Below, one piece after another: positions 17,172 through 27,062 of a stretch of DNA of 64,000 nt. Source of the stretch: Candidatus Magasanikiibacteriota bacterium (GTDB lineage Bacteria > Patescibacteriota > Patescibacteriia > Magasanikbacterales > 2-02-FULL-50-9b); contig CAITMK010000012.1 of NCBI GenBank assembly GCA_903893485.1, positions 83,469 through 147,468 of the forward strand, read 5' to 3'. Made by a program: the position numbers and the translations under genes. Numbering within the stretch: the stretch's first letter is position 1; every line of letters starts with the position of its first letter. The notes under the pieces are model-generated. The model had not been told where the DNA came from. It saw only the letters and a program-made list of their open reading frames with translations, and ran no database searches.

Positions 17172-18848
17172 ATGATTACCGCGGTAATTGCTGCAATTAA
17201 ACAAGCGCTTTTGGCGCAGGGAGTCCCTGAGCCTATTTTAGATAAGGCTGTTTTTTCTGAACCACCAAATCCAGCGCTTGGCGATTTGGCTGTTGCCGCG
17301 TTTCCGTTTGCAGCTTTTTGGTTTTGTGCGCCACCCGAAGCCGCACATAAACTTGCAGAAATTATCCGTGGCTCACACAATGCGATTTTTGAAATCACGG
17401 TTACGGGCCCGTACGTAAATATCAAATTACAAACCGCTGCCATTGTTCATGCAGCAACTCATTTCAAACCAGAAAAAATTCGCCCGCGCCCCGCGATCAT
17501 GTTTGAATATTCGCAGCCAAATACGCACAAAGAATATCACATCGGGCATTTGCGCAACGCGTGTTTTGGTGCGGCGTTAGTTGCGCTTTGGCGTGCGGCT
17601 GGCCAAAATATTATTCCGGTTACTTACAACAACGATGTTGGCGCGCACGTTGCAAAAACCCTGTGGGCATACAAAAAATTTCATGCTGGCGAAAAACCAC
17701 CAACCGAAAAGGGTCGATGGCTTGCGGGCATGTATGTTGAGGCGACACGTGCACTCGAAGAAAATCCAGATTATAAAGAAGAAGTGAGCGATGTCTTGCG
17801 CGCACTCGAAGCGCACGATCCAGAGTGGTACAAACTATGGAAGGAAACGCGTGGCTGGTCACTCGATCAGTTTCATGCGATTTATAAAAAATTGGATTTA
17901 AAATTTAAGCACACGTTTAACGAAAGCGCGATTAAAGAACGTGGTCATGCAATGGTTGATGATTTGCTGCGCCGCGGCATTGCAAAAAAATCGCAGGGCG
18001 CAATCATCATGGATTTTGAAGAACAAAATAAAGGTGTTTTAATTTTGCGTAAATCAGATGGCGCAGGGAATTATACAACTTCAGATTTAGCGCTCGCCGA
18101 AGAAAAATTTCGTCGCTTCAAATTAGATTCATCGCTCGTGGTAACCGATAAACGCCAGTCGTTATATTTTGAACAGCTTTTCATGACCCTGCATGCGTAC
18201 GGTTTTAAGCAGCACTTAAAACATTTGGATTACGAATTGGTGACGCTTCCCGAAGGTGCCATGAGTAGCCGCAAGGGTAATGTGATATTATTTGAATCGC
18301 TTTACGAAGAAGTTTTAGCGCATGCGATTGCAGAAACCACGCAGCGCCACGCAGATTGGTCAGCTAAAAAAGTTGCTAAAGTTGCCGAAGCATTAACGAT
18401 TGGCGCGATTAAATTTACCATGGTGCGCGCGTCGCCGCTCAAGGTTATTGTGTTCGATAAAACCGAAGCGTTAAGTTTCGACGGCTATACCGCGCCATAT
18501 TTGCAATACACCGTGGCGCGTATCAACAGCATTTTTAAAAAAGCAAAACTCACGCGCCCACGCGCGGCCGCAACTTTTGCATGGACCGATGCTGAACGAG
18601 CGCTTTGGATGCTCATGGCTCGCTTGCCCGATGTAATCGAACGCGCCGCCACCGACGACGATCCATCGCATGTGGCACGTTACTGTTTTGAATTGGCCAA
18701 GGCATTCTCGAGCTTCTATGAAACACATAAAGTACTCGATGACGACAAAACCATTCGCGCCGCACGTTTGCTCCTTGTTAAATCAACCCAAAAAACACTC
18801 CAAGTTGGCCTTAAATTACTTGGTTTGCCCGTAATAACCGAAATGTGA
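17172..18848 (+). CDS. argS: arginyl-tRNA synthetase
   Basis: N-terminal Arg-tRNA-synt_N-like region (PNPALGDLAVAAFPFA), HIGHLRNA (HIGH), and a C-terminal DALR-type anticodon-binding region. Confidence 0.9.
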   Translation: MITAVIAAIKQALLAQGVPEPILDKAVFSEPPNPALGDLAVAAFPFAAFWFCAPPEAAHKLAEIIRGSHNAIFEITVTGPYVNIKLQTAAIVHAATHFKPEKIRPRPAIMFEYSQPNTHKEYHIGHLRNACFGAALVALWRAAGQNIIPVTYNNDVGAHVAKTLWAYKKFHAGEKPPTEKGRWLAGMYVEATRALEENPDYKEEVSDVLRALEAHDPEWYKLWKETRGWSLDQFHAIYKKLDLKFKHTFNESAIKERGHAMVDDLLRRGIAKKSQGAIIMDFEEQNKGVLILRKSDGAGNYTTSDLALAEEKFRRFKLDSSLVVTDKRQSLYFEQLFMTLHAYGFKQHLKHLDYELVTLPEGAMSSRKGNVILFESLYEEVLAHAIAETTQRHADWSAKKVAKVAEALTIGAIKFTMVRASPLKVIVFDKTEALSFDGYTAPYLQYTVARINSIFKKAKLTRPRAAATFAWTDAERALWMLMARLPDVIERAATDDDPSHVARYCFELAKAFSSFYETHKVLDDDKTIRAARLLLVKSTQKTLQVGLKLLGLPVITEM

Positions 18849-18861
18849 TACCATCTTTCAT

Positions 18862-19299
18862 ATGGCTTTTAACAATGATATGCAAACAACTCCTCACGAA
18901 GTCGAAACAATTGTCGGTCCAAGCGTTAAAGTCGAAGGTGATTTTAACTCGCAGGGCAATGTTCTGATTCAGGGTGTAGTTTCCGGTAACGTCAAAACAG
19001 AAAAATATTTACAAGTTGAAGAAGGCGCACGCATTAATGCAAATGTTCAGGCTGAAAGTTGCAAAATCTCGGGCGAAGTTCATGGTAATATTCGTGCGAA
19101 AACAAGTTTAGAACTTACCCCAACCGCACACGTTGTTGGTGATATTGAAGCAAAAACATTGATTATTTCACCAGGCGCAATTTTGCACGGTAAATGCAGC
19201 ATGCTTGCCGGCGCCGATGTAGACGGCAAAAAAGGCAAACGCAAAGGCGATGATGCGTATGCAATGCCACGTTCTTTGGAAGATGAGTCAGGCGCATAA
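18862..19299 (+). CDS. bactofilin (DUF583) family cytoskeletal protein
   Basis: Repeating beta-helical pattern VKVEGDFNSQGNVLIQGVVSGNVKTEKYLQVEEGARINANV...GEVHGNI...VVGDIEAKTLIISPGAILHGKC. Confidence 0.75.
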   Translation: MAFNNDMQTTPHEVETIVGPSVKVEGDFNSQGNVLIQGVVSGNVKTEKYLQVEEGARINANVQAESCKISGEVHGNIRAKTSLELTPTAHVVGDIEAKTLIISPGAILHGKCSMLAGADVDGKKGKRKGDDAYAMPRSLEDESGA

Positions 19300-19341
19300 T
19301 TTTGCGCGCAATTAGCCGCGGCCACACGCCCGGCCTTCCTT

Positions 19342-20100
19342 ATGTATCTGTATTTGTATGATTCGCTCCTCAAAGAGCGCCAGTACACGGCCGCTTTGAG
19401 CAATTTGGAAACCCAATTGCTTGATCTTGGAATTTCTGGAAAAATCGTACGACTTACGTCACTGTTGTCGCCGCGTCAAATTATCCAAGAAGAAATTCGC
19501 CGTAGCAAAGATTTAAAAACGGTAATTGTGGTGGGTGACGACACTGTGTTCACTAAAATTGTTCAATACGCTGCGGATTTACCGGTTACGTTTGGGTGGG
19601 TGCCAATTGGTCCAAAAACAGAATTGGCCACCCGATTTGGATTGCCCTATGGCGCCGCATGTGCGCCGATTTTGTCTCGCCGCCGCCTCATGAGTGTGGA
19701 TGTTGGTCAATTTAATCAATATTTTTTCATTGATTATTGCACCGTGCCGCTCTGTCACGTTACCATGGTGATCGACAATACCATCACGATTTCTGCAACC
19801 GAAGAAAAAATGAGTTGTCATGTGTGGAATATGGCGTCTCCAAAAAAAGGCGAGATGCCGCCCGGATATACGCCAATGCCCGATGATGGTCAGCTTGAAA
19901 TTGTGCTGCAGCCAATTGCTAAAAAATCTTTTTTTGGTTCAACGATTGCACCAGCAAGTATTTTTCCATTCACCGAAGTTAAAATGAAATTGGAAAAAAC
20001 AACGCCAATCGAAATTGACGGGCACACGGTTAAAGAAAATCAAATCACACTCCGCGTTTCCCCGCAGCCGTTAAAATTGATTGTGGGTAAGGCGGTCTAG
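19342..20100 (+). CDS. DAGK_cat-like (YegS/BmrU-type lipid kinase) domain protein, degenerate
   Basis: VIVVGDDTVFTKIV...VTFGWVPIGPKTELATRFGLP resembles the GGDGT...PlGTgNDfar block, with Gly-to-Asp substitutions. Confidence 0.45.
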   Translation: MYLYLYDSLLKERQYTAALSNLETQLLDLGISGKIVRLTSLLSPRQIIQEEIRRSKDLKTVIVVGDDTVFTKIVQYAADLPVTFGWVPIGPKTELATRFGLPYGAACAPILSRRRLMSVDVGQFNQYFFIDYCTVPLCHVTMVIDNTITISATEEKMSCHVWNMASPKKGEMPPGYTPMPDDGQLEIVLQPIAKKSFFGSTIAPASIFPFTEVKMKLEKTTPIEIDGHTVKENQITLRVSPQPLKLIVGKAV

Positions 20101-20117
20101 CATGATATACTGAGGGC

Positions 20118-22430
20118 ATGAGCACGCTCCTTTTTTTCAAAAAAAAGCAGATAGGTTTTTTGATATTTTTATTTGTTGCGGCAAGTTTTTTTGGGTGCAA
20201 CGTGGTATATGCGGCGCCGGTCTCTTGGTCAAATGCAACTGTTCAGTCGGGAATCACTGCCGAACATTTAAAAATTTTATTTGATGTTTCAAGGGCGGAA
20301 TATCAATCGATTTTTTTAGCAAGCGGTTCATTGATTCTGGATTATGCCTCGTCTGCTTCGGGTGCCCCCTGGGGAATAACTCAAGTTGACGCGTTTACCT
20401 TTGGTGTTGATTCATTTAGTGCTCCGATTTTATTTACCACATCAACGGCGGTATCTGGAATAACACTTCTCGCAAGTCATAGCGCGGGGAATGTGATATT
20501 TTACGGGAGTGGTGATAATGGCGCCTCGTTTTCTGCTGGTGGTACCGTGATTGATAAAATTTATTCCGGGGCAATACAAGGACGTGGGACATCGTCGGGG
20601 CGCTATGCACTTGCGGGATCAATGTTAAATGGCGACACCGGACTTTATGATGTTGAATTCGCAACAACAACAGGCTCAACGGTAAGAGGTTATACTACAT
20701 CAACCGTTGCTTCAGGTTTTTCAAAAGTTCCGACGGTTGATTTTGTATATCAAACTGGGAAATCGGTAATTGCGTATGCAGATGGTCTCGATAATATTTT
20801 GCATGTAGCAACCTCCACCGATGGTCCGCCTTGGACTTCATATGATTTTGTGACACCGTATAGTGGAAATGTGACGCCACCTCATGTGAAAGTCGCTGCA
20901 GACGGCACGATTTGGATTGCATATGAACAATCAAATGGAAGATTTACAAATGCAACAATTAATTTATTGCACTATGATCCTGTTTTAGGTTGGGTTAATG
21001 AAGTGGTTGATACGCTTGGTGTAAGAATTGCCTCATTGGGATACGATTTATCGCTGATAAACGGTACAACGCCGGTGCTTGCGTATTCGAGCCATACATC
21101 GCCGCATACAACACTTCGTATCGCATATCGTAACGGTATTGATTCCGGATGTCTTTCTGGAAGTACCACAATGTATTCATGTAGCGATGTTGCAACGGGC
21201 GCGGATACGATAATCGATGGCGGGGGATCTGGAAATAAAATTAGCGTTGCTGCAGGATCTGGTGAGAATGCTGCGGTAGAATATTCTTCATCAAGTGATG
21301 GAGGCGCTATAAAAGTTGCATATGCTGATCTTTCACCGCTAAATATTCCGGATGTAAACGTGGCGCATTCGGGAATTTATGCGCCAGTTTCAATTGTAAA
21401 TCCGATGGTGGTTATAAATGAAGGAGCTACTACTACAACATCACGGTACGTGCGGATTCATCTTGCGGCGCATTCAGATGCGGGCGTTCAAAGCATGTCT
21501 TTATCGAGCGATCCTTCATTTTATGGGCAGTCTTGGCAGTCATTTCAGCAAGATTCTATATTTGATTTGGGTTCGTCGCCTGGTTTGCAGCGCGTGTATG
21601 CAAAATTTGCAAACAACACCGGTGCGGTTTCTACGGTTACATTTGCAGAAATCATGTATGAACCTGATATTGTTAATGCAGCGCCGCAGGCAGCCGTGCT
21701 GCCGCCAGTCATACCAGTTATATCGTCGGCGCCGCCAATATCAAGCCCGCCAACTCAACCGGTATTTTATGATTATTATTCTGGACCAGAGGTACAACCT
21801 TTTATAAGCGAAACTCCGGCGCCGATTCCTGCGACAACAGAATCACAAATAAAAGTTGCTTGTCCTGAGCGCGCAAACGCTTTTTCAATTGGCGGACGCG
21901 TTTTGCAAATAAATAAAACAGGGAAACTATATGTTGCGATCGATGCGCTTCAGACGCTTTGTGAAATTCCAGACAAAAATGTTTTAGCGTCGTGGGGTGG
22001 AAAGGTTCAGGCGCATGTAGCAACGTTGCCAGCATATCGATTTTCAACGCCGCTACCATTTCGGCCAAGGACTATTGTACGCGCATCAAATGCGGCGACA
22101 AAATATTTTGTAAATACAAAAGGTGAGCTGCAAGCATTTCCATCGAATGCGGCGTTTATAAAATTAGGTTATACGAATTCGCCATCATATGTTTCTGCTA
22201 AAAATGTTCTCGCAAAATATGATCGATCTGCAGCGCTAGTAAATTCGGCAATTCATCCGGATGGCACTTTGTTTGTATTAAACAAGTCGCAGGGTGAATA
22301 TGCAATTTTGCAGGAGCGGACGCTGCATACAATAAGTTTGGCTCGGTTAAAGTTGTATGGTGAACGCCCAACCCGCGCAATTACGCTACAAAAAGGCGAG
22401 TCATACCCCCTGGGTAAAAGTTGGAATTGA
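20118..22430 (+). CDS. large secreted hypothetical protein
   Basis: 770 aa, signal peptide, S/T/G-rich with beta-propeller-like composition, no recognised motif. Confidence 0.55.
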   Translation: MSTLLFFKKKQIGFLIFLFVAASFFGCNVVYAAPVSWSNATVQSGITAEHLKILFDVSRAEYQSIFLASGSLILDYASSASGAPWGITQVDAFTFGVDSFSAPILFTTSTAVSGITLLASHSAGNVIFYGSGDNGASFSAGGTVIDKIYSGAIQGRGTSSGRYALAGSMLNGDTGLYDVEFATTTGSTVRGYTTSTVASGFSKVPTVDFVYQTGKSVIAYADGLDNILHVATSTDGPPWTSYDFVTPYSGNVTPPHVKVAADGTIWIAYEQSNGRFTNATINLLHYDPVLGWVNEVVDTLGVRIASLGYDLSLINGTTPVLAYSSHTSPHTTLRIAYRNGIDSGCLSGSTTMYSCSDVATGADTIIDGGGSGNKISVAAGSGENAAVEYSSSSDGGAIKVAYADLSPLNIPDVNVAHSGIYAPVSIVNPMVVINEGATTTTSRYVRIHLAAHSDAGVQSMSLSSDPSFYGQSWQSFQQDSIFDLGSSPGLQRVYAKFANNTGAVSTVTFAEIMYEPDIVNAAPQAAVLPPVIPVISSAPPISSPPTQPVFYDYYSGPEVQPFISETPAPIPATTESQIKVACPERANAFSIGGRVLQINKTGKLYVAIDALQTLCEIPDKNVLASWGGKVQAHVATLPAYRFSTPLPFRPRTIVRASNAATKYFVNTKGELQAFPSNAAFIKLGYTNSPSYVSAKNVLAKYDRSAALVNSAIHPDGTLFVLNKSQGEYAILQERTLHTISLARLKLYGERPTRAITLQKGESYPLGKSWN

Positions 22431-22469
22431 CGAGTTTTGAATCATGTGATATAGTTTTGCCACCTTTTT

Positions 22470-22555
22470 GCGGACGTGGCGGAATGGTATACGCGCCAGC
22501 TTGAGGTGCTGGTGGGGGCAACCCTGTGGAGGTTCGAGTCCTCTCGTCCGCACCA
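22470..22555 (+). tRNA. tRNA-Leu (anticodon GAG)
   Basis: Acceptor GCGGACG/CGTCCGC. Anticodon stem CCAGC/GCTGG with loop TTGAGGT. Long variable arm. Encoded CCA. Confidence 0.8.
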
Positions 22556-22683
22556 GGATGGTCACTCTTTATAAAAAAGCAAATCGGACACTAAGATCTT
22601 TCGCACACTTTGTGTGCTCAGGTCTTCGCGCCTCGCTCGCAATTGCGCACTTCGCGCAAGCGCGAGCGCACAATTGCTCACTC

Positions 22684-22760
22684 GGACGCTTAGCTCAGTT
22701 GGTTAGAGCACCTCGTTTACACCGAGGGGGTCGTAAGTTCGAATCTTACAGCGTCTACCA
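22684..22760 (+). tRNA. tRNA-Val (anticodon TAC)
   Basis: Acceptor GGACGCT/AGCGTCT (G1-U72 wobble). GCTCAGTTGGTTAGAGC D-arm. Anticodon loop TTTACAC. GTTCGAATC T-arm. Encoded CCA. Confidence 0.8.
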
Positions 22761-22761
22761 C

Positions 22762-22789
22762 AAAAACCGCCTCCTCACAGGCGGTTTTT
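22762..22789 (+). terminator. terminator after the tRNA pair
   Basis: aaaaaCCGCCTcctcacAGGCGGttttt. Confidence 0.6.
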
Positions 22790-22865
22790 GTATTGGCAAA
22801 AATTGCTATATCTATTTATCACGTTTAACCCTATATTCAATTTATCATTAACAATTAAAAAATAA

Positions 22866-24092
22866 ATGAAAATTTTTAATAAGAAATCACTCGCATTTGC
22901 TTGTGTAATTTCTTCGGCAATTAGTTTGGGCGGCCCAATCGTGGCGTTTGCGGCAGGTCCAGTGACAGTTAACCTATTATCTGCAGGTAACTATACTATT
23001 TTGGCAAAGTCAGGCATTTCAACAACAGGCACTACAAAAATTGTGGGCGACATCGGCGTTAGCCCCGCGGCCGCAACTTTTATTACAGGCTTTGGCCTAA
23101 GCCTAACTGTGGCGAACCCTTACGCAACAGCACCTCAAGTAACGGGTAAAGTTTATTCACCAAATTACGCATCGCCAACACCTACAAACATTTCAACCGC
23201 GGTAAATGATATGCAGACTGCATATACCGATGCGGCAGGTCGCACCAACCCAACTGCAACCGAATTAGGATCGGGGAATATTGGTGGCATGACCTTAGCC
23301 CCAGGATTATATAAATGGGGTACGAGCGTAACAATTCCAAGTAATTTGATATTAGCTGGTGGTGCAGATGATGTTTGGATTTTTCAAATCGCACAAACAC
23401 TCAATGTTAGTTCTGCTACAAAAGTGCTTTTGAGCGGCGACGCACAGGCAAGTAACATTTTTTGGGTGGTTGGTGGCCAAACAACAATTGGCACCACTGC
23501 ATCTTTTGTTGGCAACATTTTAGATCAAACCGCAATTGTATTAAACACCGGTGCATCTTTAGATGGTCGCGCACTCGCTCAAACCGCGGTTACCTTAGAT
23601 TCTAATTCAGTGACGGCTTCAGTGCCAACACTGATTTTAAATCCGACGCCAGTTGCTGTAACACCAGCACCGGTGTTCACGACTCCAACGGTGGTTGTCT
23701 CGCCACAAGCTCCAATCGTGAGTGCTCCTGCGGTAAGCAATGTTATTGCTAGTAATAATGGTCCGATTCCATTTGGCTTGATTTCGGCTCCAGCTGCATC
23801 AAGTTTTGTTGCTGTGCCAGCTGCGGCTGCGACAACTGGTTTGCAGATCAAATCAATCACAAAAAATCTTGTTCAAAGTGGTGCGGGAAATGATATAACG
23901 GTATTACAACAGTTTCTTATTGCGCAGAATAAAGGTTCTGCAGCACGAGCGTTGGGAAAAGTGGGCGCAACCTCACATTTTGGGGTATTAACCCGTGCTG
24001 CTTTGGCGGAGTTTCAGAAAAATGTTGGCATTGTTCCAGCGCTAGGAAATTTTGGCGCAATTACAAGAGCGTATATTAGCTTACATTACTAA
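22866..24092 (+). CDS. secreted DUF3494 (ice-binding-like) family protein with C-terminal peptidoglycan-binding domain
   Basis: Signal peptide. AGNYTILAKSGISTTGTTKIVGDIGVSP...LAPGLYKWGTSVTI...VWIFQIAQTLNVSSATKVLLSGDAQASNIFWVVGG...GRALAQTAVTLDSNSVT matches the DUF3494 pattern. PG_binding_1-like tail. Confidence 0.7.
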   Translation: MKIFNKKSLAFACVISSAISLGGPIVAFAAGPVTVNLLSAGNYTILAKSGISTTGTTKIVGDIGVSPAAATFITGFGLSLTVANPYATAPQVTGKVYSPNYASPTPTNISTAVNDMQTAYTDAAGRTNPTATELGSGNIGGMTLAPGLYKWGTSVTIPSNLILAGGADDVWIFQIAQTLNVSSATKVLLSGDAQASNIFWVVGGQTTIGTTASFVGNILDQTAIVLNTGASLDGRALAQTAVTLDSNSVTASVPTLILNPTPVAVTPAPVFTTPTVVVSPQAPIVSAPAVSNVIASNNGPIPFGLISAPAASSFVAVPAAAATTGLQIKSITKNLVQSGAGNDITVLQQFLIAQNKGSAARALGKVGATSHFGVLTRAALAEFQKNVGIVPALGNFGAITRAYISLHY

Positions 24093-24101
24093 TTAAATTG
24101 T

Positions 24102-24602
24102 ATGAGTCATTTCCGTGTCGGCGTATTAATTTCAAGCATCATATTATTTGGTGCGGGTTGTGCTACGCCGGCACAGCCGGTCGCGGCGATTGTGCCGCCA
24201 AGCTACTATACAAATATCGTTAAAGCCACCAAAGATAATACTGATTTTCGTCGTGTATTATTTACCGGGCCAAATAGTCAGTTGGTGATTATGAATATTC
24301 CGCCTGGCACTGAAGTTGGTGAAGAGACTCATAAATATGCTGAGCAAACTTTATTTTTTTTATCTGGTACGGGCGAGGGAATGCTTGGTGATAAAAAATT
24401 TCCCATTGTGGCAGGTGATGTAGTTATGGTGACCGCGGGCACCAAACATAATTTTTGGAATACCGGCAAAAATGATCTCAAAATATATACGGTGTATGCA
24501 CCACCAAACCATATTGATGGACGCGTGCATCATACCAAGGCAGATGCAGTCGCTGATGTGGCTGATGAAGCCGTGGGCGAGGCCCCACCGAAAATAAAAT
24601 AA
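24102..24602 (+). CDS. cupin-domain lipoprotein
   Basis: Lipobox LFGAGC. Cupin motifs GEETHKY...AGDVVMVTAGTKHNFWNTG. Confidence 0.55.
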   Translation: MSHFRVGVLISSIILFGAGCATPAQPVAAIVPPSYYTNIVKATKDNTDFRRVLFTGPNSQLVIMNIPPGTEVGEETHKYAEQTLFFLSGTGEGMLGDKKFPIVAGDVVMVTAGTKHNFWNTGKNDLKIYTVYAPPNHIDGRVHHTKADAVADVADEAVGEAPPKIK

Positions 24603-24620
24603 GTGGTATTGAATTTCTAA

Positions 24621-24896
24621 TTGCGTTATAATGATTTTGTTATGCAACAACAGATCATTGGGCTCATTGCAATTGGTGTTGGTTTCAGCATGGTTTATAA
24701 AACCCGAGGCTGGACTGAATTTTTAGGTCGCAACGATTGGGCCGAAGATAAACTCGGTCCTGGTGGCACACAATTATTTTACAAATTAATAGGCACGGGT
24801 ATTTGCATCTTAGGAATTTTTGGAGTAACCGGAATTTTAGATGGCTTTGTTTACGGAATTGCATCGACCGTTTTTATTGGCGCTAAACCACAATGA
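24621..24896 (+). CDS. small membrane protein, hypothetical
   Basis: Two predicted TM helices. The start could be the internal ATG at 24642. Confidence 0.4.
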   Translation: MRYNDFVMQQQIIGLIAIGVGFSMVYKTRGWTEFLGRNDWAEDKLGPGGTQLFYKLIGTGICILGIFGVTGILDGFVYGIASTVFIGAKPQ

Positions 24897-25471
24897 GTAT
24901 GCAACATCACGGAGTGCCATCATTTACTGAAAACACCGGTGCGGTAATACAACCACTTGCAGTGCTTAAAGGGCTCGGTGTTGGCGCGCATGCCCGCATT
25001 GCAGATTTTGGAGCAGGGCACGGGCATTTTACATTTGCCGCGGCGCAACTCGTTGGCAAAGATGGACTGGTGTATGCCGTTGAAATTCAGGAACCACTCG
25101 TTCTGGCGCTACACCACGAAACAAAATCACGTGCACTTCATAACGTGTATCCGATTCATGCAGACGCAACAGTTTTAGGCGGCACAAAAATCCCTGATGA
25201 TGTGATTGATTTTGTTTTTTTGATGAGTAATCACGTAGATGCGGCGATGCAGCGTGCGATGATGCAGGAGGCAGTGCGCATCACTAAATTACTTGGCAAT
25301 ATAATTGTGATTGATTGGCTTGACGGAGCCACGGTGCCATTTGCGCCTGCAATTACGCAGCGTGTTTCCAAAGAAGACACGCTTAAAAATGGCTTAAGTC
25401 TGGGCCTTGGTGTTATTGACGAATTTCGCCCGGGCAGGTATCATTACGGCGTTAGATTTCACAAACGATAA
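24893..25471 (+). CDS. SAM-dependent methyltransferase (class I)
   Basis: Motif I IADFGAGHGHFT, followed by an acidic-loop VYAVEI. Confidence 0.55.
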   Translation: MSMQHHGVPSFTENTGAVIQPLAVLKGLGVGAHARIADFGAGHGHFTFAAAQLVGKDGLVYAVEIQEPLVLALHHETKSRALHNVYPIHADATVLGGTKIPDDVIDFVFLMSNHVDAAMQRAMMQEAVRITKLLGNIIVIDWLDGATVPFAPAITQRVSKEDTLKNGLSLGLGVIDEFRPGRYHYGVRFHKR

Positions 25472-25488
25472 TTCAGGAGGTTCACCGT

Positions 25489-25890
25489 ATGATGCAACTT
25501 TTTACCGTAAACTATTGGTTTGGTTTTCCCGCTTTTATTTCGTCACCATTTTTGACCGCTTTACTGGTTATTTTTGGCATCTCACTTGTTGCCGGCTTAG
25601 CTATCATGGGCAACGAACAAAAAATTCAGAATCGTTTGTATCGTCAGGTTGCGCTTCGTTCTTCATATACTGCAACATGGATTGGTGCTGTCGGTTTGGT
25701 GCTCACGTTCATGCGTGTAGAACGCGCACCACTTTTCATGTATCGTTTTTGGTTTTTGTTTTTAATTACTGTTCTCGTGCTTCAGGTATGGCGCATTCGC
25801 AAATATGCACTGCGTCGCAAAGTACAGCTCGATGAAGAAACGCGCCGTTACGAAACATACGGCAAATATATTCCACACGGCAAAAAGTAA
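25489..25890 (+). CDS. membrane protein, hypothetical
   Basis: RBS AGGAGG at 25478-25483, 5 nt before the ATG. Three or four TM helices. Confidence 0.5.
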   Translation: MMQLFTVNYWFGFPAFISSPFLTALLVIFGISLVAGLAIMGNEQKIQNRLYRQVALRSSYTATWIGAVGLVLTFMRVERAPLFMYRFWFLFLITVLVLQVWRIRKYALRRKVQLDEETRRYETYGKYIPHGKK

Positions 25891-25891
25891 T

Positions 25892-26251
25892 ATGCGCGTC
25901 CGGGGGGACATGGGGGAACACATTGCCCGTCGCTATATCCAAGCGGCGGGTTTTGTTATTGTGGCGAACAATTTTTGTGTTCAAGGCGCCGAGGTGGATA
26001 TTATTGCACGTGCGCCAGATGGCTGTTTGGTTTTTTTTGAGGTGAAGTTGCGGGCGCGCGAACCCGTGGATCATGCGGCCGTGCTGCCACGCGCAAAATT
26101 AGCGCGCATGCAAAAAGCTGCGCGCGCTTTTTTGACGCAGCACCAATGTGGTGGGGCAATGCGATTTGATTTATTACTACTTATTCCAAACGAGGCAGCG
26201 CGCACCATGTGTGTGATTTGGCATAAGAATGTGGGTTTGACGGGGTGGTGA
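25892..26251 (+). CDS. YraN/UPF0102 family endonuclease
   Basis: GEHIARRYIQAAGFVIVANNFCVQGAEVDIIAR...LVFFEVKLR...RFDLLLL matches the UPF0102 signature. ATG overlaps the preceding stop (TAATATG). Confidence 0.65.
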   Translation: MRVRGDMGEHIARRYIQAAGFVIVANNFCVQGAEVDIIARAPDGCLVFFEVKLRAREPVDHAAVLPRAKLARMQKAARAFLTQHQCGGAMRFDLLLLIPNEAARTMCVIWHKNVGLTGW

Positions 26252-26295
26252 AATTGCGATATTATAGGGGCGTTCAATATTTTCTTTCTCACTCC

Positions 26296-26372
26296 GGGCA
26301 ATTAGCTCAGTTGGTTAGAGCGCTACATTGACATTGTAGAGGTCAGAAGTTCGAATCTTCTATTGCCCACCA
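26296..26372 (+). tRNA. tRNA-Val (anticodon GAC)
   Basis: Acceptor GGGCAAT/ATTGCCC. Anticodon loop TTGACAT. Encoded CCA. Confidence 0.8.
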
Positions 26373-26377
26373 AAAAA

Positions 26378-26404
26378 ATCCACCCACGTCGGTGGATTTT
26401 TTTA
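26378..26404 (+). terminator. terminator after tRNA-Val
   Basis: aaaaaaATCCACCcacgtcGGTGGATttttttt. Confidence 0.6.
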
Positions 26405-26469
26405 TCCACAGAAATATTGAACACAAATTGTATGCTATACTTTAAAGTATCAAATTCTTAAAATTTTTT

Positions 26470-27030
26470 ATGATTAATAAAAATAATCTCGCAATCCTTG
26501 GAAGTGTAATACTTTCACTTGGAACTGCAGCGCCTCTTGGTGTGTTTGCTGCAAATGTGCCAAGTGTAAAACCGCCTACTGTGGTAAGAGCGCCACAAGC
26601 GATGACAGGTCAACATGGAAAGACTGGTGTACTTACACACCAAAGTCATTTATTTGGTACGGTCACCGCAGTTAACGCATCAGGTTTTACCTTTACCAGC
26701 GATTCCCTGAGCGCGCCAAAAAAAATGAAAACAGCAAGTGGAACAGCATTGTCAGCCGCCCCACTGGATTTCACGGTGCAGACAGATACTAAGACGCTTA
26801 CACTTGCTATCGGTGCTCAATCTGCAGGCAGTCAAGCAGCCGTTAAAGTCGGTGATCATATACTTGTCATGGGTAATTTAAATAATACAACAAATACTGT
26901 AGCGGCAACACGCATTATGATTATGCCTGCACCAGGTGCTGTAAGACAGTTTACTCCAGATAAAACAGGTCTGAGTAAATTTATGCAAGCAAAGTTGCCA
27001 GCGGGTTTTAAACCACTCACCAAAAAATAA
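26470..27030 (+). CDS. secreted hypothetical protein
   Basis: Signal peptide MINKNNLAILGSVILSLGTAAPLGVFA. 186 aa. Confidence 0.5.
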   Translation: MINKNNLAILGSVILSLGTAAPLGVFAANVPSVKPPTVVRAPQAMTGQHGKTGVLTHQSHLFGTVTAVNASGFTFTSDSLSAPKKMKTASGTALSAAPLDFTVQTDTKTLTLAIGAQSAGSQAAVKVGDHILVMGNLNNTTNTVAATRIMIMPAPGAVRQFTPDKTGLSKFMQAKLPAGFKPLTKK

Positions 27031-27062
27031 AATAAGCAAGTTCTTTCAACAGACCCTATAAC

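Noticed and set aside
22468-22851. 127-aa plus ORF
   Set aside because: Spans two tRNA genes, their spacer and a terminator; not coding.
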